A program made the position numbers and the translations under genes. This document shows, one piece after another, positions 1 to 13,169 of a DNA stretch of 64,000 bases. Source of the stretch: Lama guanicoe (taxonomy: Eukaryota); contig MU053911.1 of assembly GCA_013239625.1 (NCBI GenBank), positions 424,132-488,131 on the forward strand, written 5' to 3'. Under the pieces are notes generated by a model. The model was not told the DNA's origin and made no database searches. It saw nothing but the letters and a program-made list of their open reading frames with translations. Numbering within the stretch: position 1 is the stretch's first letter; the number at the start of each line of letters is the position of its first letter.

Positions 1-25
1 AAGTCTACTGGCATGGAAAGTGTCT
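1..25 (+). CDS. Candidate coding exon (5' part outside window) of an unidentified gene
   Basis: Ends at donor TCT|GTAAGC (25/26). Splices in frame to the candidate exons at 3144 and 4244. Protein not recognised. Confidence 0.35.
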
Positions 26-834
26 GTAAGCCGGTCGAGTCGCTTTGGTGTGATTGCTTGGGTATAATCATTGTTCCCTGCCGCCTCAAGCCTCGACCCC
101 CACCCGTGGGAAGTGTGAAATCCAACGACTCCGCACAATTGTGGGTGGAGTCGTTGAGTCTGATAATGTATATATGTTTTTGAAAATCTCGTGTGTGTGT
201 GTGAAAAGTGTTATCTCACAACAGAAAATGATTGGAGCAATAAAGAGTGGATATAATTGAAAGGTACATGTATTTCAGATAAATCTTTGATTTGAGCTTC
301 ATCCTTGAAGAAAACCTGCCCGGCCTGCCTCGGGGCTGTTTTTATTTAGCGTTGCTTGGTGTGGATGGAGTGTTTTATTAAATGCTTTGTCTTTAGAAAC
401 AAAGGAAAACAAAATAGGAAGTTCCTAGAATCCCAGAAAACAAACCTGAAACCAGCTATTCATCTTCCATCCCTTGCTAGTATGGATACTAACTTTATTC
501 AAAATCTTCGTGTGTTATTGAACAGTTTAAAAGAGCATAAATTAGAAAAGGGCTTTGCATTGGACACATCCGCTTTTCCCTCCTGTTTCTTACTTGTCTC
601 TGTAAGGGCTTCCTCGATGTTAAATATTCCTTTCCCATGTCCTGTAACTTTACTTTTGAGAAAAGTGTGCACACTATATAATTTCCCATTTTAATCTACA
701 AGCAGTGTCCCATGGGAGCCCAACTTCCCTACGATGTGTTATTACTCCTTTTAGTAGGAAGAGGGATTCCTCTGAAAAATCTTGTTTCACCAGGAATCGG
801 TGATCCTTTCTCCCCATTGCTCAAAGGAATGTTT

Positions 835-995
835 GTTAAGCACAGTCAGTTATAATCTGTCCCGGTGCACAGCATCATGGCTCAGTCATGCACGTACATA
901 CATGTATTCATTTTCATATTCTTTTTCGTTAAAGGTCCTTACAAGACATTGAATATAGTTCCCCAAGCTGTACAGAAGAAATTTGTTTTCTATCT
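835..995 (-). mobile_element. L1 3' UTR fragment
   Basis: Matches the L1 3' end motif (cagtcagttataat...cagtcatgca...ttacaagacattgaatatagttccc) shared with copies at 2060, 3590 and 13656. Confidence 0.8.
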
Positions 996-2059
996 CTCTT
1001 CGTCTTCAGTCACAGCAAATTCTACCAGTATCCATTAAATTTTCCTATAAAATTTTCTTTTATTGTCTACTTAGTGTCACATGAAGTAAATCACTGTTTG
1101 CCAAGCATGTACCACAGAGAGTTCGGCCAAAGGAGGTGAGGAGCGGACACGGAGTGTCGGGATGGTCCTCTGACCTAATGAAGGATGTATTTTGAATGGA
1201 AAGAACCTAAATCTTTAGAGGAAAGGATGTCTACACCCTACGGAGCAATGAATAGATAAAAGTTGTTTAAACATAATGTAGATATCAGATGTCCGGGGCA
1301 AATCAGTGTTTTCTGTAAACAGAATTCAAAACAAGCAAATGTACAAAAACAACAGAACTCTCCTTCCCAAGGCAATGGAAGCACAGAACACATTAAAGAA
1401 GAGTGTGCTTTGAAATACTGGGGGGAAAGTGCTTTGTAAATATCCAAGATTACATTTCATTTATATGTTTATTTTTTCAATAAATGAATGCCTTCCCCTT
1501 TATGTAATAGCTTATTATTTTTTTACGAGTTGAGGTTTTTTAATCACCCGCCTTGTGTTCAGTTCAAGATTCCATTGTTCTCCAAATGTTCACAAATATC
1601 CTGCTAATATGTGTTCTATTATTTCAAAAAGTTTTAGTGTCTGATTTGTAAGACAGTAATTTGCAGCTTCACTGTTTATTCCTATTTTGAAGCTAAATAC
1701 AAGACTTTCTTTTTTTTTCCCAGCCTCTTTTGCCTTTGGTCAATGTGTGTTTCAAAAAGTGGTAGGCGGCAATCACTTTGTTGCTTTGTGTATGCTCAGG
1801 ATGTTCACATTTTAAATCCTTCACGTTGACAGTAAATTTTTTTTGGCTGATTTATTCTCTTTAATTCTCATCTTTAAATAATATTTTTTAAATGATTTTA
1901 TGGAACTAGTTCTAATCTCTTGGCTTTGAAAAAGCCAGTTTTTTCTTTGTATTATACTCAAATCCTATTATTTGTTTTAAAAATGTTTTAATTTTATTTT
2001 AATTATACCTTCTTTCTCATTTTTAGGAATATACATGATTTTTTTTTAGGTCTGGTCTA

Positions 2060-2312
2060 TTTTTTTTTAATTGAAATACAGTCAGTTTTCAATGTTGTGT
2101 TAATTTCTGGTGTATAGCATAATGCTTCAGTCATACATGCACATACATATGTTTGTTTTTATATTCATTTTCATTTTAAGTTACTACAAGATATTGAATA
2201 TAGTTCCTTGTGTTATACAGTATAAACTTGTTGTTTATCTATTTTACATAGTAGTTAGTATCTGGAAATCTCAAACTCCCAGCTTATCACTTCCCACCCG
2301 CTTTCCCTCCTG
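2060..2312 (-). mobile_element. 5'-truncated L1 3' end
   Basis: Poly-T followed by aattgaaatacagtcag...atctcaaactccc; reverse complement of the L1 3' UTR at ~7480-7712. Confidence 0.85.
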
Positions 2313-3143
2313 GAATATGCATGATTCTTGGTTAGGGCAGCAGCAGGGGTCTAGGGACGCTTTCGGAGGTGCAAATACATATACAGAAGTTAAGTATTTT
2401 ACTTCTGTGGAATACACAAATGAGAAGGGAAAGATTATTCAGTAAATTTAATCTATGCGTATAGAAAAATCTATACACCTCTTAACTTTCTCTCTTTTCT
2501 TTTTCTTTGCCGTTCCTTCCTTCCTTCTTTTTCTTTCTTTCTCTCTTACTTTCTTTCTTCCCTTTTCTTTCCTTCTTTCTCTCATTTTATTTTTACAACA
2601 TGAATTTATCTTTAGCAGACAGTTGCCAAAACTGATCTTTAGGAATCCAGCAACCGTAACTCTGTCAAGAAAAAAAAAAGTTTGGGTCTACTGTGTAACA
2701 ACATCGAGACCTCAGGAAAATGAATGCAAATTAAAAAAGAGAAAAACGATTTTATAAGTGAATACAGACATAGCTGCTGTCTTAGGAATACGTGATCATT
2801 AGTTAAATCACAGAGGTGGCGTTTTTAATGATTGTGATGATTCAGTAGGGGAAATAAACACACTTTCAGAGGTGGAGCTGGGAACTGGAAATGCACTAAG
2901 GCCATCCAGGCTGGAAGGAGCAAAATCCTGGAGATTCAGTTCGGGGCACATGAGGGCAGCCGTGCAAGTCCGTCTGGGCCTGAAGAGTAGTGTCTGGCGT
3001 TTCGCCCTCAATCATTTCCGCTGCGTGCTCGATATTCTTCCATGAGTGAGAAGATTTAATAAAACCAAGCAAGATTTTTTCATAGCAGGAAAGCATTAGA
3101 ATATAAGAATTTTTAATCACTGTAATTGGTAATGTTCCCTCAG

Positions 3144-3184
3144 TGACTACCACTCGGAAAATGAGAAAATCATTTCACTGTGGT
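3144..3184 (+). CDS. Candidate 41-nt internal exon
   Basis: Acceptor TGTTCCCTCAG| and donor GGT|GTAAGT. Open in two frames (DYHSENEKIISLW or TTTRKMRKSFHCG) when joined to its neighbours. Confidence 0.35.
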
Positions 3185-3589
3185 GTAAGTATCCTTGAAA
3201 CTGTGACAGACCACATGTCAGAGAGAAGCAAGATGCTCTAGGAGTTCGCAGAGGAAGCGGCTTCCTCCTTCCTGTGTTTGTACATTTTCCTGCGGGTGAG
3301 ACTAAGGCGGCCTTGCAGAGTAGGAAAGTGTTTGCCTAGAAGAGAGAGAAGGAAGACTATTCAGGGAAGCATGAACTTCCTCACACAAAGGAGAAAGAAT
3401 TTTCAAGAAATGACTGTAGGTCAGTGTCTGCTCCACCATGATACACAAAGGGCTTGTTAACAGTAATTACGAAAAAAATATTCCAGGACCAAGTGGTGGA
3501 GGCTTATCTTATTTGTTACCCACCTTGCTATCCCCTGAAGATTGAATATTTTACCTTCCCTTTGGACCAATTGAAGATTTTTAAAATTT

Positions 3590-3893
3590 TTTTTTAATTG
3601 AAGTATAGTCAGTTATAATGTGTCAGTTTCTGGTGTGTAGCACAATGTCCCAGTCATGCATATATATACATATATTCATTTTCATTGAAGGTTATTACAA
3701 GATATTGAATATAGTTGCCTGTGCTAGACAGAAGAAATTTGTTTTTTATCTATTTTTTTATATAGTGGTTAACATTTGCAAATCTCAAACTCCCAAGTTT
3801 ATCGCTTCTCCCCTCCTCCCCCACCTCCGTAACCATAAGATTGTTTACTATGTCTGTTTTGTAGATGAGTTCATTAGTGTCCTCTATTTTTAG
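3590..3893 (-). mobile_element. 5'-truncated L1 3' end
   Basis: Poly-T plus L1 3' UTR, highly similar to 13656-14010. Confidence 0.85.
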
Positions 3894-4243
3894 GTATATT
3901 TTAAAACATATTTTATTTATTTATTTTTATCATAGAAAGAGGCTGTTCTTTATACTGATGCTTTAATTGAGTACTTACTGTTCATTAGTGACTGCGTGAC
4001 TTTATTTTAGTTACTGATCATGAAAGACAATCCCAACTTTTAGATAGAATTTCTGAAAATAAATGTGCATATATATATATATAGATAATGATTTTTTAAA
4101 TCCAAGGTTATGTCAGAACAGTCTAATTCTAGATGAAGAAGAAAGAAAACATAATCTGCCATCTCTGTCTTCCGGCTGGACGGGGCTGATTCTGACATTG
4201 CTCTAAGGTTTCAGGGACTCTACCTTGTGTATGTTCTCCGTAG

Positions 4244-4317
4244 GTTTTCCGCTATTTTGGAAGTTTGAGAGAACACAGAAGGTCACCAGACTGTTTTATC
4301 CTGATTCATTACAGTGA
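4244..4317 (+). CDS. Candidate terminal coding exon (..FPLFWKFERTQKVTRLFYPDSLQ*); alternative frame runs to stop at 4447
   Basis: Acceptor TATGTTCTCCGTAG|, TGA at 4315-4317, AATAAA about 60 nt downstream, in non-repetitive sequence. Confidence 0.4.
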
Positions 4318-4375
4318 CGTCTTTTTGCATTCTTCTAACAGTTTACCTTGGAATTGGCAATACCAGAGCCACAAA

Positions 4376-4381
4376 AATAAA
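4376..4381 (+). terminator. Candidate polyadenylation signal AATAAA
   Basis: Canonical hexamer downstream of the candidate stop codon. Confidence 0.3.
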
Positions 4382-4457
4382 CTGATAAACTTGTGCAAGT
4401 TACCAGTGGAGATGATCACAGTGCGCATCACATCTTTAGCCTTTTAAGCAATATAAC

Positions 4458-4492
4458 TGTGTGTGTGTGCGCGCACGTGTGTGTGTGTGTGT
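4458..4492. repeat. (TG)n microsatellite, interrupted
   Basis: Directly visible. Confidence 0.9.
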
Positions 4493-5441
4493 TTAAATCC
4501 AGCATTTAACGTTGAGTTGTTTAAAACTCAGAGGGAGGCAGAGGTAAGCTTTTAAAACCACTCCGTCTTTCTGTCCCCAGCACAGGCCCTATTTGCTGTC
4601 TGTCATGATGAGGGAGCAGAGAGGTAAAGAGAGGCCATGGCCTGGGAACTGCAGAAAAAGAAGAGGAACAACTTATCAAACACAAACAAATCATCAAAAT
4701 ATGTGACAGCTTTTCTGTCTGCTGCCTGCCAGCGATTGCTCAGGGACACATCCAAACATATAGCATATTTATTTTGAATTTTCTTCAGTGATGAGCAGAA
4801 CACTAACTGTAATTGAAAAATTCTTACTGTTCGTCAAAAGTGACAAATGAGTTAAAGAAAGAGACGTGTTGAAGAATTTTATGGCTTTACCCTGGAAGCA
4901 TTTAAAAAAATGCATTATCTTCTCAACATATTTGCTGAATTTTCAAGTCTGTCCTGTGTCTTGTTTATAAGCTCTACCAAATTAGGTTCAGTTTATCTGT
5001 TAAGTTTAAAAAAAGGTCAAGTTCTTCCAGAAAATAACATTGAGTTTAAAATAAGCAAATGAGATTTTCTAAAATTAATCATTGCAGAAGACAGGGGACG
5101 TGAAGAGACAGAGACAGAGAGACAGAGAGGGAGCGAGTCCAGCCTCTGTGATGCGTTTCCCTCCAAAATACTCAAGCCAGGTTTTTATTTGATCTGCGCT
5201 AAGCTTTATTAAATTGAATACTACTGATAGATTTGAAGGTGAGTGTAGGAGAAGATAAAGTGTTATAATGTCCCCTGTTTCAAGCACAGTGAATCATTTC
5301 AAATCTGCCATCTGTACGGGACAGTTTTCTGCATTCCAGTGTTTTTCAAATTGTGGAAGAAGCACAGGGTCTAAACAGGGATGCCATGAGCAGGGAGCAA
5401 AGCTCTCTGGAGTCCTGGAGATGAAGCAAAAACATTCTTGT

Positions 5442-5575
5442 TTTTTTAAACACCTTTATTGTGGTATGATTCCTGTATAGTAAACTACACATACTCAGAT
5501 GTATAATTTGATTAATTTTGATAGATCTGTATACCCATGAAACCACCACCACAATCAAGAGAGCTAAAAGCATTC
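5442..5575 (-). mobile_element. Old L1 (L1MB-like) 3' end
   Basis: ctttattgtggtatgatt...aaactacacata...accaccacaatcaaga resembles the L1MB 3' terminus; paralogous to 40112-40260. Confidence 0.7.
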
Positions 5576-7047
5576 TTTACAGATGAGTCCATTAAGTAGG
5601 TTTTGACCACTTCCTACTGCTCGGGGTTATTTCTTTCTCTTTTCTTTTCTCTCCTTCCCCTTCTCCTTCTTCCCCTACCCCTTCCCTTTCCCCGTCCCCT
5701 CCCCCTTCCCTTTCTTCTTCTTTTTTTTTTTTTTTATAACATAACAACCATAGGGACTGTTTAGATATCAAGGGCTACATTACTCTAAAAAAGTTACAAA
5801 TCCATACTCTTTAAGTAAACAGTTTGCAAACCATCTCAGTATGTGGCCAGAGCAAAGCAAAAGAGATAAACATTTCTTAAAAGCTCTATCAAAGTATAAA
5901 ATTCTCCTTAAATCTTTCTCGGGCATTTGACTCCTCAAGGACTATTTCTCATTTCTTTTTTCTTAGCATTGCGGCAGCCAACTTAGGTGACCTTTGTCAC
6001 ATTCAACAGTCTTAGAGAGTTTTGTCAATAACCCAAGGGCACCTCACTCATAGATTACAATTACCTTTATTATAATAACGTAAAATACCACATCCGCTTT
6101 AATCTGTTTTCAAAATAATGTTTCATCTTTTATTTGTACAAATTTGATTGTAAAACTCCTGATATAAAGCAGAGTAAGCTGGGGATGGTTGGGAAGAATG
6201 GTTATTTCTCCCTAAAAATACTTTATGCTACAAATTACTTAGTATGTTCCACACATGTATTTGCAGCCCATTGATGTAACAGTGGAGGGAAGAATGCTTA
6301 AACTGTAAGATGTTGGATACATTGGGGCTGCACATTTTTATTTTACAATATACTTGCATCAGATCCTTGTTCTGTATAGATACAGAAAAACATTTTGCAG
6401 AGGTGTTTGTGTATAGATGGATAAATAGCAAAGAGATACGGATTAAAATTTAGTCTTGCTAATCCACAGGCCATCAGTTTTGGCTGTCTCCACCAACAGC
6501 AAAAATAAGAGGAAAATAAAACGTTATAATACAATGAATTTGACACTCTGAATTTTAGCATATCTTTCTTTCTTTGACAGCCAGCCAGTTTCCTCTTAAG
6601 ACCTAAAGAAGGGATGTGTGTCCTTTATATAGGTTTCTTCATATCTCAGTTAACACTTTATTCTAGTGTGGAGAAATGATTTAGGAAAGAGAAACTTGCT
6701 ATACATTTAGGTTCTGAATACCTTCACAGGAGAGTGTTACCCAAATAAAAACCATTTGTTATTCTTGGAAATTGCAGCAGAACCTTCTGTGATATCTTGT
6801 GATTAATTATCTTGAGTTCAGGGTGCTCATGTCATCAGAGATGCTTGAGGATAATAGAACAGTTCCTTCAGAAAAACTCTATGAGAGGAAATGGGCGATC
6901 TTGTCAAGGCTCAGTTCATTTCCTAAATCCAGGTGAAGAGTGACAGGATCCAAAATTTTGATAAGACATTGTCTTCTGTTTCTCACACCAACATTTCAAC
7001 CCATGACTTATTTCTGGCCTCAGTGCTATGACAGGAAGCCAGCATTA

Positions 7048-7712
7048 AAAACTAAAAATAAACTTCCCCTATGATCCAGCAATCCCACTCTTGGGCATAT
7101 ATCTGAATGGAACTCTAATTTGAAAAGATACATGCACCCCAGTGTTCACAGCAGCCCTATTTACAACAGCCAAGACATGGAAACAACCTAAATGTCCATT
7201 GACAGATGGCTGGATAAAGAAGCTGTGGTATATTTATACAATGGAATACTACTCAGCCATAAAAGAATAAAAGGATGCCATTTGCAGCAACATGGATGGA
7301 ACTAAAGATCATCATTCTAAGAGAAGTAAGCCAGAAAGAGAAAGAAAAATACCATATGATATCACTTACATATAGAATCTTGGAAAAAAAAAAAGAGAAG
7401 ACACTAATGAACTTACCTACAAAACAGAAACAGATTGGCAGAGAGTGAACAAACCTACAGTTACCAGGGGGAAAGAGGTGGGAAGGGATAAATTGGGAGT
7501 TGAAGAATTGTTAATATTAACTATTATATATAAAATAGATTAAAAACAAATTTCTTCTATATAGCACAGAGATCTATATTCAATACTTTGTAGTAACCTA
7601 TAATGAAAAAGAATATGAAACAAATATATGTATGTATATGCATGACTGAAACATGATGCTGGACACCAGAATTTGACACATTGTAACTGACTGTACTTTA
7701 ATTAAAAAAAAA
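7048..7712 (+). mobile_element. L1 3' end (ORF2 C-terminus + 3' UTR + poly-A)
   Basis: atgatccagcaatcccactc...gatacatgcacccc...aaacaacctaaatgtcc...atggaatactactcagcc; poly-A at ~7703-7712. Confidence 0.92.
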
Positions 7713-8789
7713 TGAAAACAATGAAATCAGCAAGAATTTTCTTAACAGTTGCTTGGTGCCCAGCACTGTGATTAGACATCATAGCACACATCGAAGCAGT
7801 GTGAAACACAGTCCTGTTTATGCAGAAACTAAAAATCCCCGGGGAAGACAAGCTGCACACAAGGGAAGTGGGTAAATATGGCAGAGCAAAAGCTAATGGA
7901 AGCTACAAGTATGTGATTCAATGATAAGTGTCAACTGAATTTTGGGAAGGAGAATGATCAGCGGAGGTGAGAGATTTTAGAACAAATAGTGTGGAACTAG
8001 CACTGTATCTATAAGATCTGACAGAATTTAGAAGTTGGAAGGACTGTAATTCCTGGAAAAGTGGCTAGCTTCTTCTGGCTTCTTACCTCACACATAATAT
8101 TCATTATGCATAAAATATATACTGTTGTGTCTCTCCGCTTTACCACACACCCAACCCGTAACTCTAAACTAGATTTTAGGTACAAAATATCATTTATCCA
8201 GGAAGACCATACCTGGTTTCCCCATGTCGTCTCTGAATTTTATTACACAGGATATTTTTGCCATTTTTAAAAAATGTTGAACTCTCTTACTTGCATGTAT
8301 GATATATGAGGGCAGGGACTGTCTTGTTCATTGCAAAAAAAAATTGCAGTGTCTGGGACCTATGTTTAAGGAATAATAAAGAACTAACAGATCATAGGTG
8401 CCATTACTCTTAACTAAAGGAGCCAACAAAAGCTAAATGACACAGGTTGTGCAGACAGCTGTCACATCTGCAGGCTTCCCCCAGTGTTCTCTCTGCTTCA
8501 GTGTGGTGCCTCGTGGTACTGCACAAGGGAAGGGATGAGGCAGAGGAGGAAGTCCTCCAGAGGAGCAAGTGGGAGCTGAGAGATCTGAGCACTCGCCCTC
8601 CAACAAGAGATCAGCAAGGCGAGTTAGTGTGTTTTCCAGCCTGTCGGGAAGTAGTCACTCCCCACCGCCACCTTCAGACAGATTGCCCACCATCTTCCTT
8701 TAATACTTAATGTATTCCATTTTACATGGGAGTACAATCTTGTTGCTGCTGTTTTCAAGCAAAAGTCATTTCTTTATTTTTAAATTTTT

Positions 8790-8957
8790 TCTTGCTTTAT
8801 TTTTTGGAGGGGGGTGGTAATTAGGCTTATTTATTTATTTATTGTTTTATTTTTTAATCTTTTAAAATTTTATTTTTTTTTAATAGGGGTACTGGGATTG
8901 AATCCAGGACCTCATGCATGCTAAGCATGCCCTCCACCACTGAGCTCTACCCTCCCC
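8790..8957 (-). mobile_element. tRNA-derived SINE (camelid vic-1 type)
   Basis: Reverse complement reads GGGGAGGGTAGAGCTCAGTGGTGGAGGGCATGCTTAGCATGCATGAGGTCCTGGATTCAATCCCAGTACC (A and B boxes), followed by an A-rich tail. Confidence 0.85.
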
Positions 8958-9729
8958 TGCGGAAATCATTTCTATATAGATCTTTAGTACAATTATTCCA
9001 AAATTCGCCAATATTTGAATATATAAAATAAATGCATAAGTGAGGAGTTATTTAGCAATTGACTTAAAGTGTCACTTAAAAAAAATTAATCCATGTGTGT
9101 TCATATTTCAAAATAAGGTTGATTTTAGAGTTTGATTTTGGAAAACCAATATAATTATTTTAAAGAAAATCCTTTAAATAAGATTTAATAATCTGTCAGT
9201 AATTTCAATGTCACTAATTTGTGGTTTTTCTATTGTTCAAATGCACAAAGAGAATTGTGTAACAGAAAATGTTAGACATCCTCTTGCTTGTGATGAGTGA
9301 CTTGGTTTCCTCATAATTTACTTGACCTTAGGTTTTTGCCTCCACAAATATGCCATTGGACCCAAAGAATGAAAGTTTCTCTGTAACATTTATAAAATAT
9401 TATTTGGGTTTGTAGCACAGCTCTCCATACAAATTTTCACTAATTCTTCATGATATGATCATTTCACGTTTAAACAATAAAAAACTAGGGTAGTTCTAGT
9501 GGCTATGCAGATATTGAAAAGTTCAAGGGCGGTTAGGTGGTTAAATCAGCCGCTCTTAGTAATTACTCAGATGTGCAGAGTTGGGTGGGCGGGGAGTAGA
9601 CTGGCCTGGCTCCCAGGATTCTGGCTGGATGAGTTGGACACTGTTTTTTAAGCTGCAGAACACGTTGCATTTGAGAAGTCTTTGGAGCAGCCATGCAAAA
9701 CTCTGCGGTTCGAAGCTAACTTTTCTGGG

Positions 9730-10743
9730 AGGAGGATCATTGTTTTATGTGATCACTGAGGGAGGCTGCAGAATGAATAGAAAAGAGGGTCTGGTATAGC
9801 ACCCTAAGGATGAACAACCTGCAGCACCTACAAGTCAAAAGCAAAGGAGACCCAAACAGGGGCCAGAAGTTGGGAGAAACATTTGAAGACAGTAGTGTCA
9901 AAAAACCAAACAGAGTGTCAGGCACGTCATGGGAAGAAGTGAGAAGAGAACACTGTGGAAGGCACCAAAGAGATCAAGAACCAAAAGAAATGAAACGTGT
10001 GAAGGTGGCATCTTGGAATATCGACCATGCATGGCACCATTTCCCTACAAAATGACACTATAATACAGTGTAGTATGTTAAAATTATATTAGATCATACA
10101 TTTACATTAGCATACAATACACTCTGTAACACATTATTGAAAACTAGATTAGTTATTGTAGCGTAAATATCCCCAACTGAGTTCATCTAGTGAGCTGAGA
10201 AATTGCAAAAGATGAATTTTCTTTCATCATAGTTTCAGAGGAGGATCATTGTTTTATGTGATCACTGAGGGAGGCTGCAGAGTGAATAGAAAAGGGGGTC
10301 TGGTATAGTACCCTAAGGATGAACAACCTGCAGCACCTACAAGTCAAAAGCAAAGGAGACCCAAACAGCGGCCAGAAGTTGGGAGAAACATTTGAAGACA
10401 GTAGTGTCAAAAAACCAGAGTGTCAGGCACATCATGGGAAGAAGTGAGAAGAGAACACTGTGGAAGGCACCAAAGAGATCAAGAACCAAAAGAAATGAAA
10501 CGTGTGAAGGTGGCATCTTGGAATATCGACCATGCATGGCACCATTTCCCTACAAAATGACACTATAATACAGTGTAGTATGTTAAAATTATATTAGATC
10601 ATACATTTACATTAGCATACAATACACTCTGTAACACATTATTGAAAACTAGATTAGTTATTGTAGCGTAAATATCCCCAACTGAGTTCATCTAGTGAGC
10701 TGAGAAATTGCAAAAGATGAATTTTCTTTCATCATAGTTTCAG
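9730..10743. repeat. Head-to-tail tandem duplication (9730-10238, 509 bp; 10239-10743, 505 bp)
   Basis: Direct comparison: 5 substitutions and one 4-bp indel, otherwise identical. Confidence 0.97.
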
Positions 10744-11329
10744 GGAAATCTTGATACTAACAAAGGCTGAGAGATAGTAAATTCAAAGTGAGACAATATT
10801 GAGACTTCAGTTAAATAAAGGAAATGAGGGAATCTAACCTGTATGGTGCCTGTTGCCCACGCTCTGACTGAAGTGTTAAACCCCCACACACGCACACTGA
10901 CATGCACATCCTACGTGGCTAAGTTCACTGACCGTATGTCACCAGGGACACAGGTAAGGGCCGAACAGAGGGGGTCAAATCAGTTAAGCATGAAATCACT
11001 ACATTGTCAAGGAAGTGGTAAGTAGCCTTCCCTAGTCCCTTTTCTATGCCTTTGGGACATTTGGCTGCAAGTTTAATTAGACTAAGAGAACCCACTTCCC
11101 AAGCTGACTCAGAAGATGTATGTCGCTCAATATCTTGGCTTAGAAAGGATGCCAGAAAGGTGAGAGAAATGTTGCATTTCTTATTGTATATAGGATAATT
11201 TCTGACATTAGGGTTATTTTTGGAAAGGTATATATGGGGAAAATGTGCATGCCAAAGCATCTTTCTCTCGGGACTTAACTCTCACCTTCCCAAGTGTCCT
11301 GACTGGCCATGGGACAGGCACGTAATCTG

Positions 11330-11740
11330 TGCTGGACCGTTCAGAGACTCTGCCAGTGGCTGGCTCAAAGAGGATTATGTGACCCAAGCAGAGATAAACC
11401 AATATTTGTTCCCTAGAATCATCTAAAAGGATTGACACGGAGAAAAAGAGAGAAAAAAAGAGCAAGAGAGAGGGAGAGGGAAGAAGGGGAGAAAGGGAGA
11501 GAGCGTCCGTGTGCTAAGCTAGGTAACTGGGAATGAGCCAGGGCTGCCAACAGCCATCTACATGCACATAAAAGTAAGCTGTAGAGAAAAAGCAGAGCAG
11601 AGATTGAGAGAACGAGACAGACGGCAATATTGCTTTGGTTACTGGGTTTCACTGGGGCTGAAGAGTCTCCCCTGGACCTCCCAGTTTGGTGAACCAAAGA
11701 ATTCTCAGGCTAGCTGGATTTAACTTTATGATGCTTGCAT
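11330..11740 (+). mobile_element. Degenerate MaLR (MLT1-like) LTR
   Basis: tggctcaaagaggattatgtgacccaag...gctgccaacagccatct...cccctggacctcccagtttggtgaaccaa resembles MLT1J/K/L (recalled consensus). Confidence 0.5.
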
Positions 11741-13169
11741 GTAGGAATTTTTAATGTGGCCATGCAAATCAAATCAGACACAGATAATAAGCACTGGAAA
11801 ATTCTGTAGAGTCCTACAGAAAATGTAGGAATTTCATCTCAATATCAGGAAATGTTGGGTGAACTATATCTGCCCTAATACATAAGCAGAAACCTGCAAT
11901 TATGCCCAGGCTCTTAGCTGCATGTAATGGAAGGAAATATACATTTATTTGAAATTAATCATTTACATTTAAAGCAGTTAAACCGTGGGACTGTCTGATA
12001 TTCATTGGTCCAAGAGTTATTCTATGTAATGCTCAAAAATCATAGGGACATAAATAATATAAAATGGCAAAACTCACTCATTCAAACAAGAATTAAACTG
12101 TAAATCAATGTGTGCATGAGCTGTATACACATTTACAACAAACACAGGAAAATAGAAAAACCATAGAAAATTTTAGAATAAATCTTCTTTGTATTTGTCA
12201 GAAAAGCTTAATCCAAAATCAAATGTGATAATTATCGATCTCTATTCAAACTTCTGCGAACTTTCTCAGCCATGACCCAGATGAAGGCTCGGCGGTCCCT
12301 TCAGGGACCCACCAAGCAAGGGAGATGTGAGGAGTTTCCTTGTGCCTAAACACCTCTAAGGTAAAGGGAAGCCCTGCAGGCAGAACGGACCCCACATAGG
12401 GGAGTGCTTATTTCGTTTCTATATTATTTCACCACTTGCCAGTAGAAACACACACACACACACACACAGTTTCGTTCTATTGTTTCTCCCCTGGCATGTC
12501 CAGAAAGGAGCACAAAGCTTACCTGCACAAAATAAATGAAAAAGTTTCACTCCCTGACTCGTTGTACCATAAATCTCTATTTGTGTCCCCCAGTTGAGGC
12601 TGTCATCCAGAGGCCTAGAACTCCTGAGAATCTAAATGATTCTCTCTCTGACCCTAGGGTTTATGTAGGAAGTGGTCAGGAAACACCAGGTTTCACTGGC
12701 TCTTCGGGTGGGGGACGCACCAGCAGGCAGCGTTAGCAAAGGCCTCCGCCGTGTTCGTCTTCACACTCATGCGGCCTCTGAGGGCCATCAGCTGCTGGGC
12801 CGCTGTCGTTGGGAGAGGTGTGCTTTCCTTTAATGCACCATGCTTATCAGTGAGCACTTGAGACTTTCCTTCTGACTATCAAATCCTCCTCAGGCTGGAG
12901 CCAGCAGGAAGCTGAAAGCCAGATTCAGAGCAACTGATGTCGACGTGCACCGACTGTCATGGTTCAAATTGTGTCACCTCATGAAGAAGAAGTGAGACTG
13001 GGACTATTTAGTATTTATTGTAAACCCAACACCGCACTGAGAGCTGGGGTCAGATACAACTCCCGAGTTCATGGAGACTGGATCCTGCAAGGAAAGGCAG
13101 CCATTAATTACATCTGTGTGTAAGCGTGACAGGGGCATGAACACAGGTGCAGTGTTAGAGCATCCACAT

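Noticed and set aside
7032..7050. ~18-bp match AGGAAGCCAGCATTAAAA with ~57080
   Set aside because: Isolated short match with no flanking similarity; plausibly chance.
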